From the IMG/VR virus record IMGVR_UViG_3300036975_000060: a DNA stretch of 58,742 bases. The stretch is one strand, 5' to 3'. The notes below the pieces were generated by a model that was not told where the DNA came from, did not search any database, and saw only the letters and a list, made by a program, of their open reading frames with translations. This document shows, piece after piece, positions 44,301 to 54,120 of the stretch. Each line of letters opens with the position of its first letter. Position 1 is the stretch's first letter. The translations under genes were made by a program, and so were the position numbers. The stretch is from a virus.

Positions 44301-47300
44301 ATTTATAAGGGCTTCGGCCTTTTCAGCCTGATCTTTCATAAATCCTTCTTTGGTCTTATACTCAGCCAGATCCCCGAAGTCTTCTGAAAGTTTTGCCTCT
44401 ATGGTATCGGCTTCAGTTCTTTTGGCAAGCTTGCTTTCCTTGGTAAATTCTCCGTGTGGGTTTTTGGAGAGATCGTCCAGCGCCTTTTCCTTTGAGAAAG
44501 ATATCCTTGGATCTGTTTTGTCGAAGGTTCCACGGTTTTCCACTGACTTAATCTGAGCAAACTCCGCACTCCTTCTCAATACATTCCGGATCTCAGCATC
44601 GGTAAGCCTCAATTTTATCCCGGCAGAGCGTAAGGCTTGTTTGATAAAAGAAATTATCCGGTCAAGCAAAGTGGCTTTCGGTTCATTGACTGCCATGTGA
44701 GCGATAACTTCCCTGGCAAAGGTTGTCTGGTCTTCAGCGCTTTTTAAATCAGGATCAAGCTTATAAGTCCATATTATATTTTTTCCAATTTCGCTATCCC
44801 GGTAATCCTTGGCAACCATATCAAAGAGTTTACGCCTATTCTCTTTGGTCAGAACTGCATCAACTCCCCTGTGGCCTATTCCTTCATGGATCAAAGTGTC
44901 CACTATGGAGGCCTCACCCTTCATGTTTTCGGCTACAATAGTGATCGAATCGGTCTGGGAATCATAGTAGGCAAATATCTTATCGTTCGTGCGCTCCTGG
45001 CCGGCGCTTTCAAATATGGAATCAGGTATCTCAGCCTGAGACTGGATGACGTTTATATTGCCGATATTCGGGAAGGCTTTCTTTACCCGGTTTACTATAT
45101 TATTCACTCCATTGGTTGAGAGAATTGACTTTCCTTTGGGGGCTTGGATGGAGGAACTATCAGACCTAAGAAAAGACGCATCTTTTTCAGGATAATATAC
45201 AACCTCATCCCCAGCTAATATTCCATCATATCCTTTTTCTCTTACAAAAATACCGGGATCGGGATACTCTTTATTGAATTCACGAATATTTTTATACTCG
45301 CTATTTTTTAAAATCCAATCTATTAAAGCTTGGGGCGCTCCTCCATAGGCCTGTAATACAAGGGGATTTCTTGGATATACATCTTCAGGATTTAATTCTT
45401 CAACTTCTCCATACATTTTTGCAAAATTTTTATCAGGAGTAGAATAAATACCCTGTCCCATTGAATAAATACCAGTTCCCTTCCCTTCTTTTGTTCCTCT
45501 ATAAAGCCTTTTAGGTGGTTTTACTTTAAACTTACTCCCTTCTTTCATAAAGGCCGGTTTGTTCACCTCCGGCATAGACCGGATCTGATCTTTATTGACA
45601 ACCTTCTTTTTTCCATCAGGAAAGGTCACTTCTACTTTTCCGGTAACAGAGGTCTTATTCTTGCCAGACTTGAATTCCCGCATAGAGACAAACGGCTTTA
45701 CCCCGCCCTTGTCGAGTCTGACCATTCCGGGGGCGTTGGGCTTGGTTTCTTCCTGCGTTGATTGTGGGGCAGGTTTGGGGGTTTCTGCCTCTGTTTCTTC
45801 AGGTTTAAGGTATTCGAGTAGTTTATTATATCTTTTAAGTTCTCTTTCGGTAAATTCGACCTGTTCAACTTGTCTTTTTATAGTGTTGTAGGCTTTATCT
45901 TTTCCACCATAAAGGATTATTGCTTTTTCAGCGTCCTGTTCAATTGTTGGAGATCCAGAATCATCAGTTATTCTGTTTTTATATGTGGTTGATAATTGCT
46001 TAGCGTTCTTTTTAAACTCAAGGAGAGCTTTTTTATTATTAACTATAGTGAAAACACCGTCTCCGGGAATGTCAATTTTAACCCATGTTGGAGCGCCTGT
46101 ATTATCCTCACCATCATTAAGTAATCTCTGTGCATCAATACCCATTTCATCGGCATATGCTTGGATGCTATTCATATTTTTACTTGTTAGTGGGCCATTT
46201 GGGGCTATTTCTACAGCCTTGTTTATCTCTGCAATAAGATATGTTTTTTGATCTTTAAGTGATAGTTTCTTATCTTGATTTTTCGTTAAATCAGCTTTTA
46301 TAATCTGTTGATCATTTTTTTCAGATGTTACTATTTTCTCTGCCTTTACTTCCTGATTGGGCTGAGAAGGTTCTTTCTTAACCTCTTCCTTTGTGGGAGT
46401 GGCTGCTTTTGCATCTTTGTAAACTTTATCAATAGCCCTGATTTCAGAGTCAATAATCCTATCAACAAGAGGAGGGAATATCCCATCTTCCAAGTTATTA
46501 GGAAAAGCCTTTTTATGTTTAGCTTCAACAAGTTTCTTTTTATTATAATTAGGATTAGCAGATGGACCTTTTTCAGTTTGTTCCCATTCCTCCATAGAAA
46601 CATTAAATTGACCTACTTTTTTGCGACCACTTCTATTTTCAACGCGGATAACGCCACTATGATAAGATGCTCTTTGGGAATTATCCCTTACAGATTTATC
46701 AGTATGAGCTATTTTATTAAGGTTTACCTCACCGGCATTTGTTCCTGTATCAACAACAGGCTTTTCCACTTCCTTAACCGGCTCGGTTTTTCCTCTATCT
46801 GAAACAACTATAGCAGGAAAAGATTTTTTACCTAATTTATGTAAGGCTACTAATCTATGAAGCCCCTCTAATATATATGGCTCCTGACCTTCCTCAGTAA
46901 CAATAATTAATGGGTTTATTTCGCCTGATTTTTTAATCTCATTTGCAAGTTTTTCGCTTCTTTCTATATCTTTTTTATCATAAAAAGTGTCTTCAGGATA
47001 CCATTCATCAATAGGTATTTCTCTAACACCTTCCATTATTTCATAATTATCTAATGTAGATGCAATTGATTCTATATTTGGGACTTCTTTCCTTACCTTC
47101 AATCCTTCAATTGTATTATTTTTGATCGGCTTAAATTCTTCCTTAACCGGTTCTGGCGTCACTTCTGGCGTTGATTTTCCTTTCAATCTCTCAAGGTCTT
47201 TAATTAACTGATCACTTGCCCCTGCTTCAGCCTTTTTCGCTACGGAAGGCATGAGAGTTTCATCGATAGAATATTTATCGGGAGACTGTTTCAATGTTCC

Positions 47301-49460
47301 ACGTGTAACAGAACTGCCTTTATTTGGCCCTTCAATAACCTCATACTGAGTCATATCCCCTGCTTCTTCGGATGATCTCTGGACTTTCATAGGGGTTATT
47401 TCTTTCCTCTGCCTACCGGGTTGTTCGGATGATCTTTGTTCCAAATCCTGGCCGCTTTCTTCTGAGCTGATTTCTTGGACATTCCTTCCTTCATAAATTT
47501 GTCCCTCATTTTCTCGTATCCTTTTGGCATTTTCTTGTATTCCCTCCTTAATAAAATCAATCATATCAGATTTTTTAAGTATACTTTTCGGCATCTTAAG
47601 CCCGTTGTCTTTGGCTATTTGCCTGAGTTCATTACCTGTATAGTCTTTGGGATTATCGCCTTTTGACAATACTCCCATTTCGATAGCAGGACCGGTACCG
47701 CTTGACACCGGACCCCTTCTGGTAGGTGCGAACTGCCCCTCTCCTTCCGGGCCAATATCTGACGGAGGAGGCGCTATTATTCCAGGTTCAGGAGCGGGTA
47801 GCTTCTTTTGTTCTTCTGGCAATAGTCCTGCAATTGGAGTTCTCCCTCTCCCGGTATCAGACTGCTGCGGTATAACAAGCCCTCTTCCTTCTCTGACAGG
47901 AACGGGTTTCAACTCGCCCTGTCTTGGAGCGTTCAATACATCTTCGCCGACGATATACGATAATGATCGTAAATCCTGAGGATCAATGCCTCTTAAATCA
48001 AGGTTTTCTCCGGTTATTATTCTGAAAGCCAAATCTTGCAAATATGGATCTTGATTAGCTAAATCCTGCCTGAGCAGTTCCTGACCTCTGGGAGTTTGTC
48101 TGTATTGCTGTTCTACACTCTCAATGTAAGGAAGGCCTTCTTCCAGTGTCCGGGCCGATTCCTCTGCAGAAATGCCGGCAATAGGCGATTGTCCCGGTAC
48201 AGTTCCCCTTACTTCCATATCTGATCTTATTTGCTGTTCTCTGGTAAGAGTAACTGTCACATCCTTTAAGATGTCAATAGGCTGTTGAACTTGTATATCC
48301 GTTTCTTTGGTAAGGTTTGCATTGAAAGTATCAGCGGGTTTTTCGTCTTTCAGGATATCAATCGGAAGGCCTTTATTTCGATTCGATCTAACATCCTTGA
48401 CAATCTGATTTACTTCTTCTTTAGTAAGTGTTCCTACCTTTCCCTGTCGCGTTTTTTCTTCTTCTTTTTCCCTTATTCTCGCTTTGATTTCGAGTATATC
48501 CTCACCCTGCACTCTGTCTGATGCATACCTTACACCTCCCCCAACTGCCGGAATAATGGCTCCTCCTAGTGCTCCAATTCCTCCGGCCTGTAATGCCTCT
48601 TTATGGGTTTCCCATTTAAGATACTCAGACCCTATCTTATTGGCTAAGTCAAGAGGTTCAGCATCAGGATTATTCGCATAAGTATCAGCTATTACATCAA
48701 GTTCCTGTTGTGTAAGTTCCTCAATTCCTTCAGCGGCCGCATTTTTAAAAATGGCAGAAATATACTGCTGAAATGGTTTGCTTAATTTTGTTTTAGTTGC
48801 GAAAGGCTGCAGTAACTTCCCAAGCGTTTTTAACTGAATTAAATTTCCAGCCATTTCAACAGGGGTCGTAAGGGATGCGCTCAAAACAGAAGCATTATAA
48901 GCCGTTTCAGGGTCTTTCCCCTCTTCAATATATTGGTCATATTTGCTTCCAGCTATAGATTCAAACGTTGCCATGGTGCCAACCCCAGGAGCTACAGCAG
49001 TTAAAGCCATGGCCGGAGCAAACTCCATAAACCCGTTTATTGCATCACTGAATATGCCGAGAGGCCTGCCCTTTTCAATATCTGGATAAACTTCGGAAGC
49101 TTGATAAAGGACATCTGAAAGTGGATTTTTGCCAATTCTTTCACCCTTTTTTACCGCTTCATATTGTTCGGGGCTACTTTTTTTCCAATCTTCATACATT
49201 CTTGGAGTCATATACGGAGGGGGCATTTTGGGTTGATTTTCAATTTGAGATGCAATCCCTATTTCTATATTTCCGGCCCCTTTTCCTATCGCCTGATATG
49301 CCTGCCTCCCTGCTTTAGCAACCCTTCCTATTACGCCCAATCCAGCATCGGGGTTTTCTATATCTTCTGAAAAAAGAAATCCCTCAGCGGAATTATCCTG
49401 GCCTGAAAGAAAAGAATCAGCGTTGTTCTCATCACTATTTAAGTAATCTAATGCGTCCAT
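41376..49460 (-). CDS. Giant (2694 aa) multidomain internal virion / ejection protein of the polyvalent type
   Basis: Single uninterrupted ORF in the gp16-like position. ParB-like segment INPLIIVTEEGQEPYILEGLHRLVALHKLGKKSFPAIVV. ART-like triad RLYRG / YSTPD / GDEVVYY. An HEGIGH motif. About 400 aa of coiled coil and a hydrophobic C-terminal region. Confidence 0.75.
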   Translation of the reverse strand: MDALDYLNSDENNADSFLSGQDNSAEGFLFSEDIENPDAGLGVIGRVAKAGRQAYQAIGKGAGNIEIGIASQIENQPKMPPPYMTPRMYEDWKKSSPEQYEAVKKGERIGKNPLSDVLYQASEVYPDIEKGRPLGIFSDAINGFMEFAPAMALTAVAPGVGTMATFESIAGSKYDQYIEEGKDPETAYNASVLSASLTTPVEMAGNLIQLKTLGKLLQPFATKTKLSKPFQQYISAIFKNAAAEGIEELTQQELDVIADTYANNPDAEPLDLANKIGSEYLKWETHKEALQAGGIGALGGAIIPAVGGGVRYASDRVQGEDILEIKARIREKEEEKTRQGKVGTLTKEEVNQIVKDVRSNRNKGLPIDILKDEKPADTFNANLTKETDIQVQQPIDILKDVTVTLTREQQIRSDMEVRGTVPGQSPIAGISAEESARTLEEGLPYIESVEQQYRQTPRGQELLRQDLANQDPYLQDLAFRIITGENLDLRGIDPQDLRSLSYIVGEDVLNAPRQGELKPVPVREGRGLVIPQQSDTGRGRTPIAGLLPEEQKKLPAPEPGIIAPPPSDIGPEGEGQFAPTRRGPVSSGTGPAIEMGVLSKGDNPKDYTGNELRQIAKDNGLKMPKSILKKSDMIDFIKEGIQENAKRIRENEGQIYEGRNVQEISSEESGQDLEQRSSEQPGRQRKEITPMKVQRSSEEAGDMTQYEVIEGPNKGSSVTRGTLKQSPDKYSIDETLMPSVAKKAEAGASDQLIKDLERLKGKSTPEVTPEPVKEEFKPIKNNTIEGLKVRKEVPNIESIASTLDNYEIMEGVREIPIDEWYPEDTFYDKKDIERSEKLANEIKKSGEINPLIIVTEEGQEPYILEGLHRLVALHKLGKKSFPAIVVSDRGKTEPVKEVEKPVVDTGTNAGEVNLNKIAHTDKSVRDNSQRASYHSGVIRVENRSGRKKVGQFNVSMEEWEQTEKGPSANPNYNKKKLVEAKHKKAFPNNLEDGIFPPLVDRIIDSEIRAIDKVYKDAKAATPTKEEVKKEPSQPNQEVKAEKIVTSEKNDQQIIKADLTKNQDKKLSLKDQKTYLIAEINKAVEIAPNGPLTSKNMNSIQAYADEMGIDAQRLLNDGEDNTGAPTWVKIDIPGDGVFTIVNNKKALLEFKKNAKQLSTTYKNRITDDSGSPTIEQDAEKAIILYGGKDKAYNTIKRQVEQVEFTERELKRYNKLLEYLKPEETEAETPKPAPQSTQEETKPNAPGMVRLDKGGVKPFVSMREFKSGKNKTSVTGKVEVTFPDGKKKVVNKDQIRSMPEVNKPAFMKEGSKFKVKPPKRLYRGTKEGKGTGIYSMGQGIYSTPDKNFAKMYGEVEELNPEDVYPRNPLVLQAYGGAPQALIDWILKNSEYKNIREFNKEYPDPGIFVREKGYDGILAGDEVVYYPEKDASFLRSDSSSIQAPKGKSILSTNGVNNIVNRVKKAFPNIGNINVIQSQAEIPDSIFESAGQERTNDKIFAYYDSQTDSITIVAENMKGEASIVDTLIHEGIGHRGVDAVLTKENRRKLFDMVAKDYRDSEIGKNIIWTYKLDPDLKSAEDQTTFAREVIAHMAVNEPKATLLDRIISFIKQALRSAGIKLRLTDAEIRNVLRRSAEFAQIKSVENRGTFDKTDPRISFSKEKALDDLSKNPHGEFTKESKLAKRTEADTIEAKLSEDFGDLAEYKTKEGFMKDQAEKAEALINSDYEKAKRIAMGEESPSGNLRVAPVYEAVKLRALNEGDSDLLYDLGTESRVPTQLSEYGQEIKAADSSIMEDPVNAMQDVEKDRKEKNKKRGKKVVSIEKVRELKKKLSDAEKKLKEYETKTDNENAGTSVDKLIKKSPKRLYKKTNSKVLKEKIQTSIDQGKEYSDVSTDIQELAKYFITQGVTERNALVREVHNVIKDIVQGITLRETMDAISGYGKFKPLSKDEVLVKLRGLKGQMQQVAKLEDMQRGMAPLKTGIERRTPTDEERRLIKKVEEMKKELGIETVDPEKQLKSALDSVKTRLQNQIKDLEYQIETGQKILKKKTGLKYDVEAEKLRKRRDDLKKQFDELFGKTEMTEEQRIKVAVNAVNKSIEEYTRRINENDLTPKPKRTPTQSEELTRLRAQRDELKAKVKELRDLAKPKKRPEEVALQRLKTRLNNEIKKFGDKLENLDLQKDTRKETMLDAEGRKLKAERDTIKQAFNAAVENAGVVTREEADRLIELSQEMARSRQEMESGGDRFKYGAAKVAFLRYIDHLKGVDRTIKTMLKDEWQEVKTVWKDNKAQAFTKSTMDIIRTISDLSISMMASLDNSFLGRQGLNTLLTHPTVWGPAAKKSFVDIYKTLASKHGGNIVRDAVMADAYSRPNFINGDYDTAKLIPKSEEQFPTSIPERIPYLGRAFKASENAFLNSGVRMRINTYDMLKKIADMQGVDTSSKEWVQETGKLINSVTARGDLGKMGSGGPLRLIFWAPKMLWGNINVLTAHFGGAGLKTPFARQQARRNLVKIVGLTALVAAIIDGLGELFGNKDTVEWDPRSSDFMKVKIGNTRFDMTGGKGSIITLLARAATFKTKSTKTQKVTDLNSGRYGSKTLFDVIVDFMVNKSAPVTKTAIDITRGRNFNYEKPTIGNTSYNLATPIGVQNFVETYQRSKGDIEKVPVEEIVGDFLDIVGINTATYDSNAVMRKKYRELRKNK

Positions 49461-49461
49461 A

Positions 49462-50493
49462 TTAATTCATACCAAATTTATCTCTTAAGATTTTTAAAGC
49501 TTCATCCTGTGATATGTCACCATTCTTAAAAGCTTTTCTTACATCTTCTTTGGTTTGATATTCGGCTGTACCTGCTGTATTTAGCCCTGTACCCTGGGCG
49601 CCTTTCATATATTGCTGGACATACTCATCCTGAGTGTAGTCGTCTTTGGTAATAACTCCCTTCTCAATAGCGTCATTGTAAGCTCTCACAGCTTTATCAT
49701 ACATATCGGCTCTCTGCTTTTCAGTTAATTCTCCTGATCTCTGTCTCGAAAGATCGTCAATACTTCTCTCGTATGCCCCTGCGCGTCTTTCTTCAATGAC
49801 AAGGCCTCTATCTTCCTGTTTAGCTTTTTTCTGTTGTGCCTCAGTCATTTTTCCGGCTATGCCCTGTTCAATCAATTGAGCGGGAACAAGTAGTTTTTCG
49901 ATAGCTTCTCTGGGGCTGTTAAATTTGACTTCTTTCCCGTCTCCAAAATCAACGATTATTTGACCATTTGAAGCGATTATAACGTCCTGAATAGATACGC
50001 CCTGGCTTCCAAAAGTATCAAAATATTCTTTAATTGCCTGTGTATCTCCGGTATAAAAACCCCTCATTGCATTTTTCAGTAAATCATTTTTTCTTTTGTC
50101 CTCTTCAGCTGTTACAACCCCTCTGGCTTTTTCGGCTCTCTGTTCAGCATCAGTTATGCCCTGCCGTGATTGATCGAATTCCCTTCGTGACCTCATATCT
50201 TCTGTTCGCTCAGTAACAAGACCTCTGTTCGCTGCGTTATTGAGGGCCATTTCTTTAATGGCAAGTTCTCTTTCTTTATTTTCCAGCTCTAAAGCCTTGG
50301 TTTTTAATACCATTTGTTTGCTTTCTTCAAGCATTTCCTTGGCGGTTTTTTCACGCTTCAAATCAATAACGCCAGACATGGGCTTGCGATTTCCATATAT
50401 TTTATCGTAGACATTGGAAGATTCCTGATCCATGGCTCTGTCCTGCTGTCCCAACCCATAGCCTCTTGAATAACTTAGTCCCATATCAGCCAT
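49462..50493 (-). CDS. Internal virion protein candidate (coiled coil)
   Basis: 343-aa charged helical protein upstream of the giant gene, in a gp14/gp15-like position. Confidence 0.4.
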   Translation of the reverse strand: MADMGLSYSRGYGLGQQDRAMDQESSNVYDKIYGNRKPMSGVIDLKREKTAKEMLEESKQMVLKTKALELENKERELAIKEMALNNAANRGLVTERTEDMRSRREFDQSRQGITDAEQRAEKARGVVTAEEDKRKNDLLKNAMRGFYTGDTQAIKEYFDTFGSQGVSIQDVIIASNGQIIVDFGDGKEVKFNSPREAIEKLLVPAQLIEQGIAGKMTEAQQKKAKQEDRGLVIEERRAGAYERSIDDLSRQRSGELTEKQRADMYDKAVRAYNDAIEKGVITKDDYTQDEYVQQYMKGAQGTGLNTAGTAEYQTKEDVRKAFKNGDISQDEALKILRDKFGMN

Positions 50494-50507
50494 AATAATA
50501 ATCCTCC

Positions 50508-51539
50508 CTATGATCTCGTAGCCAATTGTTCATCTAGCTTTTTTCCTCTATCCCCATAGATGGAAGTATATATACCCTCAGATGTTCCGGCGCCTTCTCC
50601 CGAACGCCCTTCATTTATGCCAAGTAATGTCAATCCAGCACTTCCATATTGTGATCCTATATTTCCGACAGCATTGGCAACAGCGATAGCCGTGTCAGCT
50701 TTTGCTTTTTCAGCGGATGTCATTGCCCCTGCTGCATTGGTTTGTAATCCAAGCAAATTAGTTTTCTGCCCCATTAAATCAGAGGCTATTTTTGCCGTAA
50801 TGGTCGGATCTACTGCATGCAGTGCCTCTAAATTTAGTCCTGTTACTCTATTTTTTTCCGCGGTTCGTGCTTCATTCATGGCCCTTACTTTGTCCCGGGC
50901 TTCGTTTAAAGTTGATTTCTTTGTAAGTGCCCCGAATTTTCCGGATGTTGGGTCAACTCCGTAACTCATTGCATTAATTGCGGCTTCTTCCCGCGAAAGT
51001 TCGCTTTGTGCGGCCACATCAGCAGCGGCCCTTCCTGAGACACCGGCATAATCAGGCTGCGCTAAATTGGTTATATTTTTAACAAGGCCTCTCCGGGTGT
51101 CAATATCTTCCATGGTAGAATCTAATGCCCTCTGAGTATAACCGCCGTACTGTTCATCAAATGAAGATATCTGATTTTGGATATTACTCATAAGATCGCT
51201 GTAGATACCGGTAAGGGGTGATTCCCCGGAAAAGGTTCCTTCCAGTGTTTTCGTTAATAAACTGAGTGTTTCCTGATTTATTTCGCCCCACTTTGACAAA
51301 AACTCATTAGTCATATTCGATGATGCAGCGGAAGAAGATCCCGATTTTGTGGACAGGCCTTTTGATGCATTGTATACGTCTCTTGCTTTATTTCCCGATG
51401 AGCCCATTTGCATATCATAAGCCCTATCTGCTGCTTGAGCGGCTTCCCAGGTGTCATATCTTCGACCATCTTTGCCATAAAATATGGTTATTGGATTAGC
51501 ACCGCCTTGTGATAGCCATTCTTGTTTTTTGGTTGCCAT
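50508..51539 (-). CDS. Internal virion protein candidate
   Basis: 343-aa Ala/Ser/Gly-rich protein. Call rests on position. Confidence 0.4.
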   Translation of the reverse strand: MATKKQEWLSQGGANPITIFYGKDGRRYDTWEAAQAADRAYDMQMGSSGNKARDVYNASKGLSTKSGSSSAASSNMTNEFLSKWGEINQETLSLLTKTLEGTFSGESPLTGIYSDLMSNIQNQISSFDEQYGGYTQRALDSTMEDIDTRRGLVKNITNLAQPDYAGVSGRAAADVAAQSELSREEAAINAMSYGVDPTSGKFGALTKKSTLNEARDKVRAMNEARTAEKNRVTGLNLEALHAVDPTITAKIASDLMGQKTNLLGLQTNAAGAMTSAEKAKADTAIAVANAVGNIGSQYGSAGLTLLGINEGRSGEGAGTSEGIYTSIYGDRGKKLDEQLATRS

Positions 51540-51542
51540 GCT

Positions 51543-52055
51543 TTATGCCTCCTGATCTTCTTGCATTAATTCTTCCATCGAATCGGCCATATCAAACCGT
51601 CTTACCGTAACATTTCCTTCAATGATTATTTCCCATGCTCGGGCGCGTATACCACCTTTAATTAGAAATGGTTTATTGTTGGCATATATGTTTTTTTGAT
51701 GAAGAAGAGTATCATCACCATAAATACTTACTGTTAAATTATAATCCCCTGAATAATCCCCTACCGTGGGGACTGTTTCAAGGTCATCTCCGTTAATTTC
51801 AATATCGTACCCTATAACCGGATTCCATATAATTCCAGCCGATATCCGTTCATTATTGCGTTTTATTGCTCTTTTCCTGGCTTCTACCTGCTCAAAATAT
51901 GTCTGACGGTCTCCTGTATCAGCTATTACCCTGGCACAATAAAATGTCTTTCTTTTGGGTAACAATACACGGCCTGACCAAAAAGTTAAATCATTCGGGT
52001 AAGGCTGTGATGTGTCGCCTTCCCATTCGTATATTTTATTTCGGTAGAGAGTCAT
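51543..52055 (-). CDS. Tail structural protein
   Basis: 170-aa ORF adjacent to the large tail protein. Call rests on position only. Confidence 0.35.
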   Translation of the reverse strand: MTLYRNKIYEWEGDTSQPYPNDLTFWSGRVLLPKRKTFYCARVIADTGDRQTYFEQVEARKRAIKRNNERISAGIIWNPVIGYDIEINGDDLETVPTVGDYSGDYNLTVSIYGDDTLLHQKNIYANNKPFLIKGGIRARAWEIIIEGNVTVRRFDMADSMEELMQEDQEA

Positions 52056-52059
52056 TTAA

Positions 52060-54096
52060 TTAATCCGTTGTATACCAAACCTGGTAATCATTGGAAGCAT
52101 CAGGATCGGTCTCAAACTGCACTGTGTTGTAAGTTGTACTGATTGTTAAATCGTCAACATCGGCGTCATCATTATTCTCGTTTATCTTAATAATGTCACT
52201 TTCCGCTGAAATATCGTTCAGTAATCCGAATTTTTTACCCCATCCAAGATCAAGGACATCTCCTGCCGCTGCCCCTGTAACTGAATTTATGGTAACTGAA
52301 TCCACTTCTGCAAACGCTACATTGCCTGTAGCGGTTTTTGCCGTGAAATCATCAAAATCAAAGGACTCGCTTTCAGATTCACCTTCTGAATTAGTGCCTG
52401 CAATAGTAATGCTGATTGCAGTAACAGAATCATTGGCATCAGTTAATGTCAATATCATGTTCCTGGCATAATCGGGCTGCGAAATACTCGCCATCACTCC
52501 GGCCCCGCCCGTAAGATCGTATTGTGTTGCTTTTCCAGACGCGCTGGCGGCATCAGGATTTGTCCATATTTCACTAAATCCACTCATGGCAGTGCTCCTT
52601 AAAAAATAAAGTGTGTCGGTTTCAGGATCTACATAAGTCGCAAAAGTATAAAAATCCAGGGTAGTTAAATGCCCGGTAATTAAATCTAAAACTATTCCCC
52701 CTTCATTGCTGCCGGATTTATAAAATCCGAAATACTTATTATCATGAATACAGGCATGCATTGTCGATGGATAAACATTGGCCCATGTCTCAACATCATA
52801 ATGTTTTACGGTTAGAAGGGTATTTGTTCCGTCACTGGCAATATTCCTTAAGCCGTCCGTGGCCGGATAAATAACTCCGGTAGAATAAGCTACCGCGCCT
52901 TTTTTTGACAAGCAGGGCTTTTTATCCGGCAATTCTTTTCCAAGTAGAAGAGACCCGGAAGAAGTTCCTTTCAATAAATGAACACCTTTGGATGTAAATA
53001 CAACCGATATCCCGTCAACTATCGGCTTTATCAAAAGAATATCATTCGGAGATGACAAGCTGAATGCTATCGGGTACGCCCATGGCTTATAAGGAATACT
53101 AGGGTATATATCTTTACCTGTAGAGCCTATTACTATTCCATACCCAAAATCAATTAATCCTTGAAGATTTTGTGAAGGGGTATCCCAGTCCGCGTCTGCT
53201 TGGCCTCCGTCTTCAAAATTTAATGAAGGGCATGAACCGCCCAGGTCGTCATCTTCGACAGTGTCTACATATCCTGTTTCAGTTGATGCAATAGTCGTCA
53301 CTCTTTTATATTTTGCAGAAGTTTCGCCATCCGCTAACCGGTATATCCTTTTGTATATAAATATATTTTTGTAACATCTCCATATTACAGTATTATCAAT
53401 GGTATTTCCGTCAACGGTCTCATTCCAAGTCGGCTCACTTCCTCCAGACGTCCCGGCTTGGACACATACATAGATATAAGTTCCACCTTCGTCCGTGGTA
53501 TCAAATACCATTTCATTCAGGCTGTAAGATGTTCCGGCTTCCCAGATCATTGAAATATCAGACAGTGTGACTTCCTCACCATTTTTAACTTCCAAAGCAG
53601 TGGAAGCGGGTCCGGGAAACCCTTCTTCTCCCCAGGACGTAACTATTGTCCACCTGTACGTAACATATCGGTCATCACCTGAACCGGCTGGCGGAGAGGT
53701 TGAAACTGAGGATAATGCATTTTTGGGAGTAGGTACCGCCAAAGGATAAAAGTTGATAGGCATTGCCCCGGTTCCTGTTGTCGCTTCATCAAGGTTCGTC
53801 TTTTTGGGGATTCCAGAACCGGTATAATATAATTTTGATTCAGTGTCACCTGCCACGGGTGCAGGTACAATATCAACGTCAGCCTCAAACGCGAACCAAT
53901 ATTCAGACTCATATAAATATAAAGCTGTTACAATACCTTTATTTACTGCAAGTTCTGTAAAAAGATAGTTATACCACGGCCTTAGCTGTCCATCGGTCAA
54001 TTTGCAGTTTTCAGCCAGCTGAGCAGATTGAAACCCTATCAGGTCTTTTGATATTTTGGGGTACATGCCCTGTGGAACTGTTATTGATAAACGCAT
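52060..54096 (-). CDS. Large tail structural protein (tubular/nozzle-like by position)
   Basis: 678-aa beta-rich ORF lying between the fibre-like and internal proteins. Confidence 0.4.
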   Translation of the reverse strand: MRLSITVPQGMYPKISKDLIGFQSAQLAENCKLTDGQLRPWYNYLFTELAVNKGIVTALYLYESEYWFAFEADVDIVPAPVAGDTESKLYYTGSGIPKKTNLDEATTGTGAMPINFYPLAVPTPKNALSSVSTSPPAGSGDDRYVTYRWTIVTSWGEEGFPGPASTALEVKNGEEVTLSDISMIWEAGTSYSLNEMVFDTTDEGGTYIYVCVQAGTSGGSEPTWNETVDGNTIDNTVIWRCYKNIFIYKRIYRLADGETSAKYKRVTTIASTETGYVDTVEDDDLGGSCPSLNFEDGGQADADWDTPSQNLQGLIDFGYGIVIGSTGKDIYPSIPYKPWAYPIAFSLSSPNDILLIKPIVDGISVVFTSKGVHLLKGTSSGSLLLGKELPDKKPCLSKKGAVAYSTGVIYPATDGLRNIASDGTNTLLTVKHYDVETWANVYPSTMHACIHDNKYFGFYKSGSNEGGIVLDLITGHLTTLDFYTFATYVDPETDTLYFLRSTAMSGFSEIWTNPDAASASGKATQYDLTGGAGVMASISQPDYARNMILTLTDANDSVTAISITIAGTNSEGESESESFDFDDFTAKTATGNVAFAEVDSVTINSVTGAAAGDVLDLGWGKKFGLLNDISAESDIIKINENNDDADVDDLTISTTYNTVQFETDPDASNDYQVWYTTD

Positions 54097-54120
54097 TTAT
54101 CTCCGCCTGTATTGGCATTT

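Noticed and set aside
44879-44902. HEGIGH in the giant protein as a zincin metalloprotease active site.
   Set aside because: The spacing is HExxxH, not the catalytic HExxH, so I do not call a protease domain from this motif alone. It is mentioned only as a landmark.
46308-46802. 164-aa plus-strand ORF, and several other 60-115-aa plus-strand ORFs, inside the giant minus-strand gene.
   Set aside because: These are antisense to an uninterrupted 2694-codon ORF. Their Phe/Leu/Ile/Ser-rich composition is typical of the reverse frame of Lys/Glu-rich sequence.
50560-50964. 134-aa plus-strand ORF opposite the internal virion protein gene.
   Set aside because: It is antisense to a coupled late-operon ORF, and its Ala/Pro/Ser-rich composition mirrors the Ala/Gly/Ser-rich sense protein.
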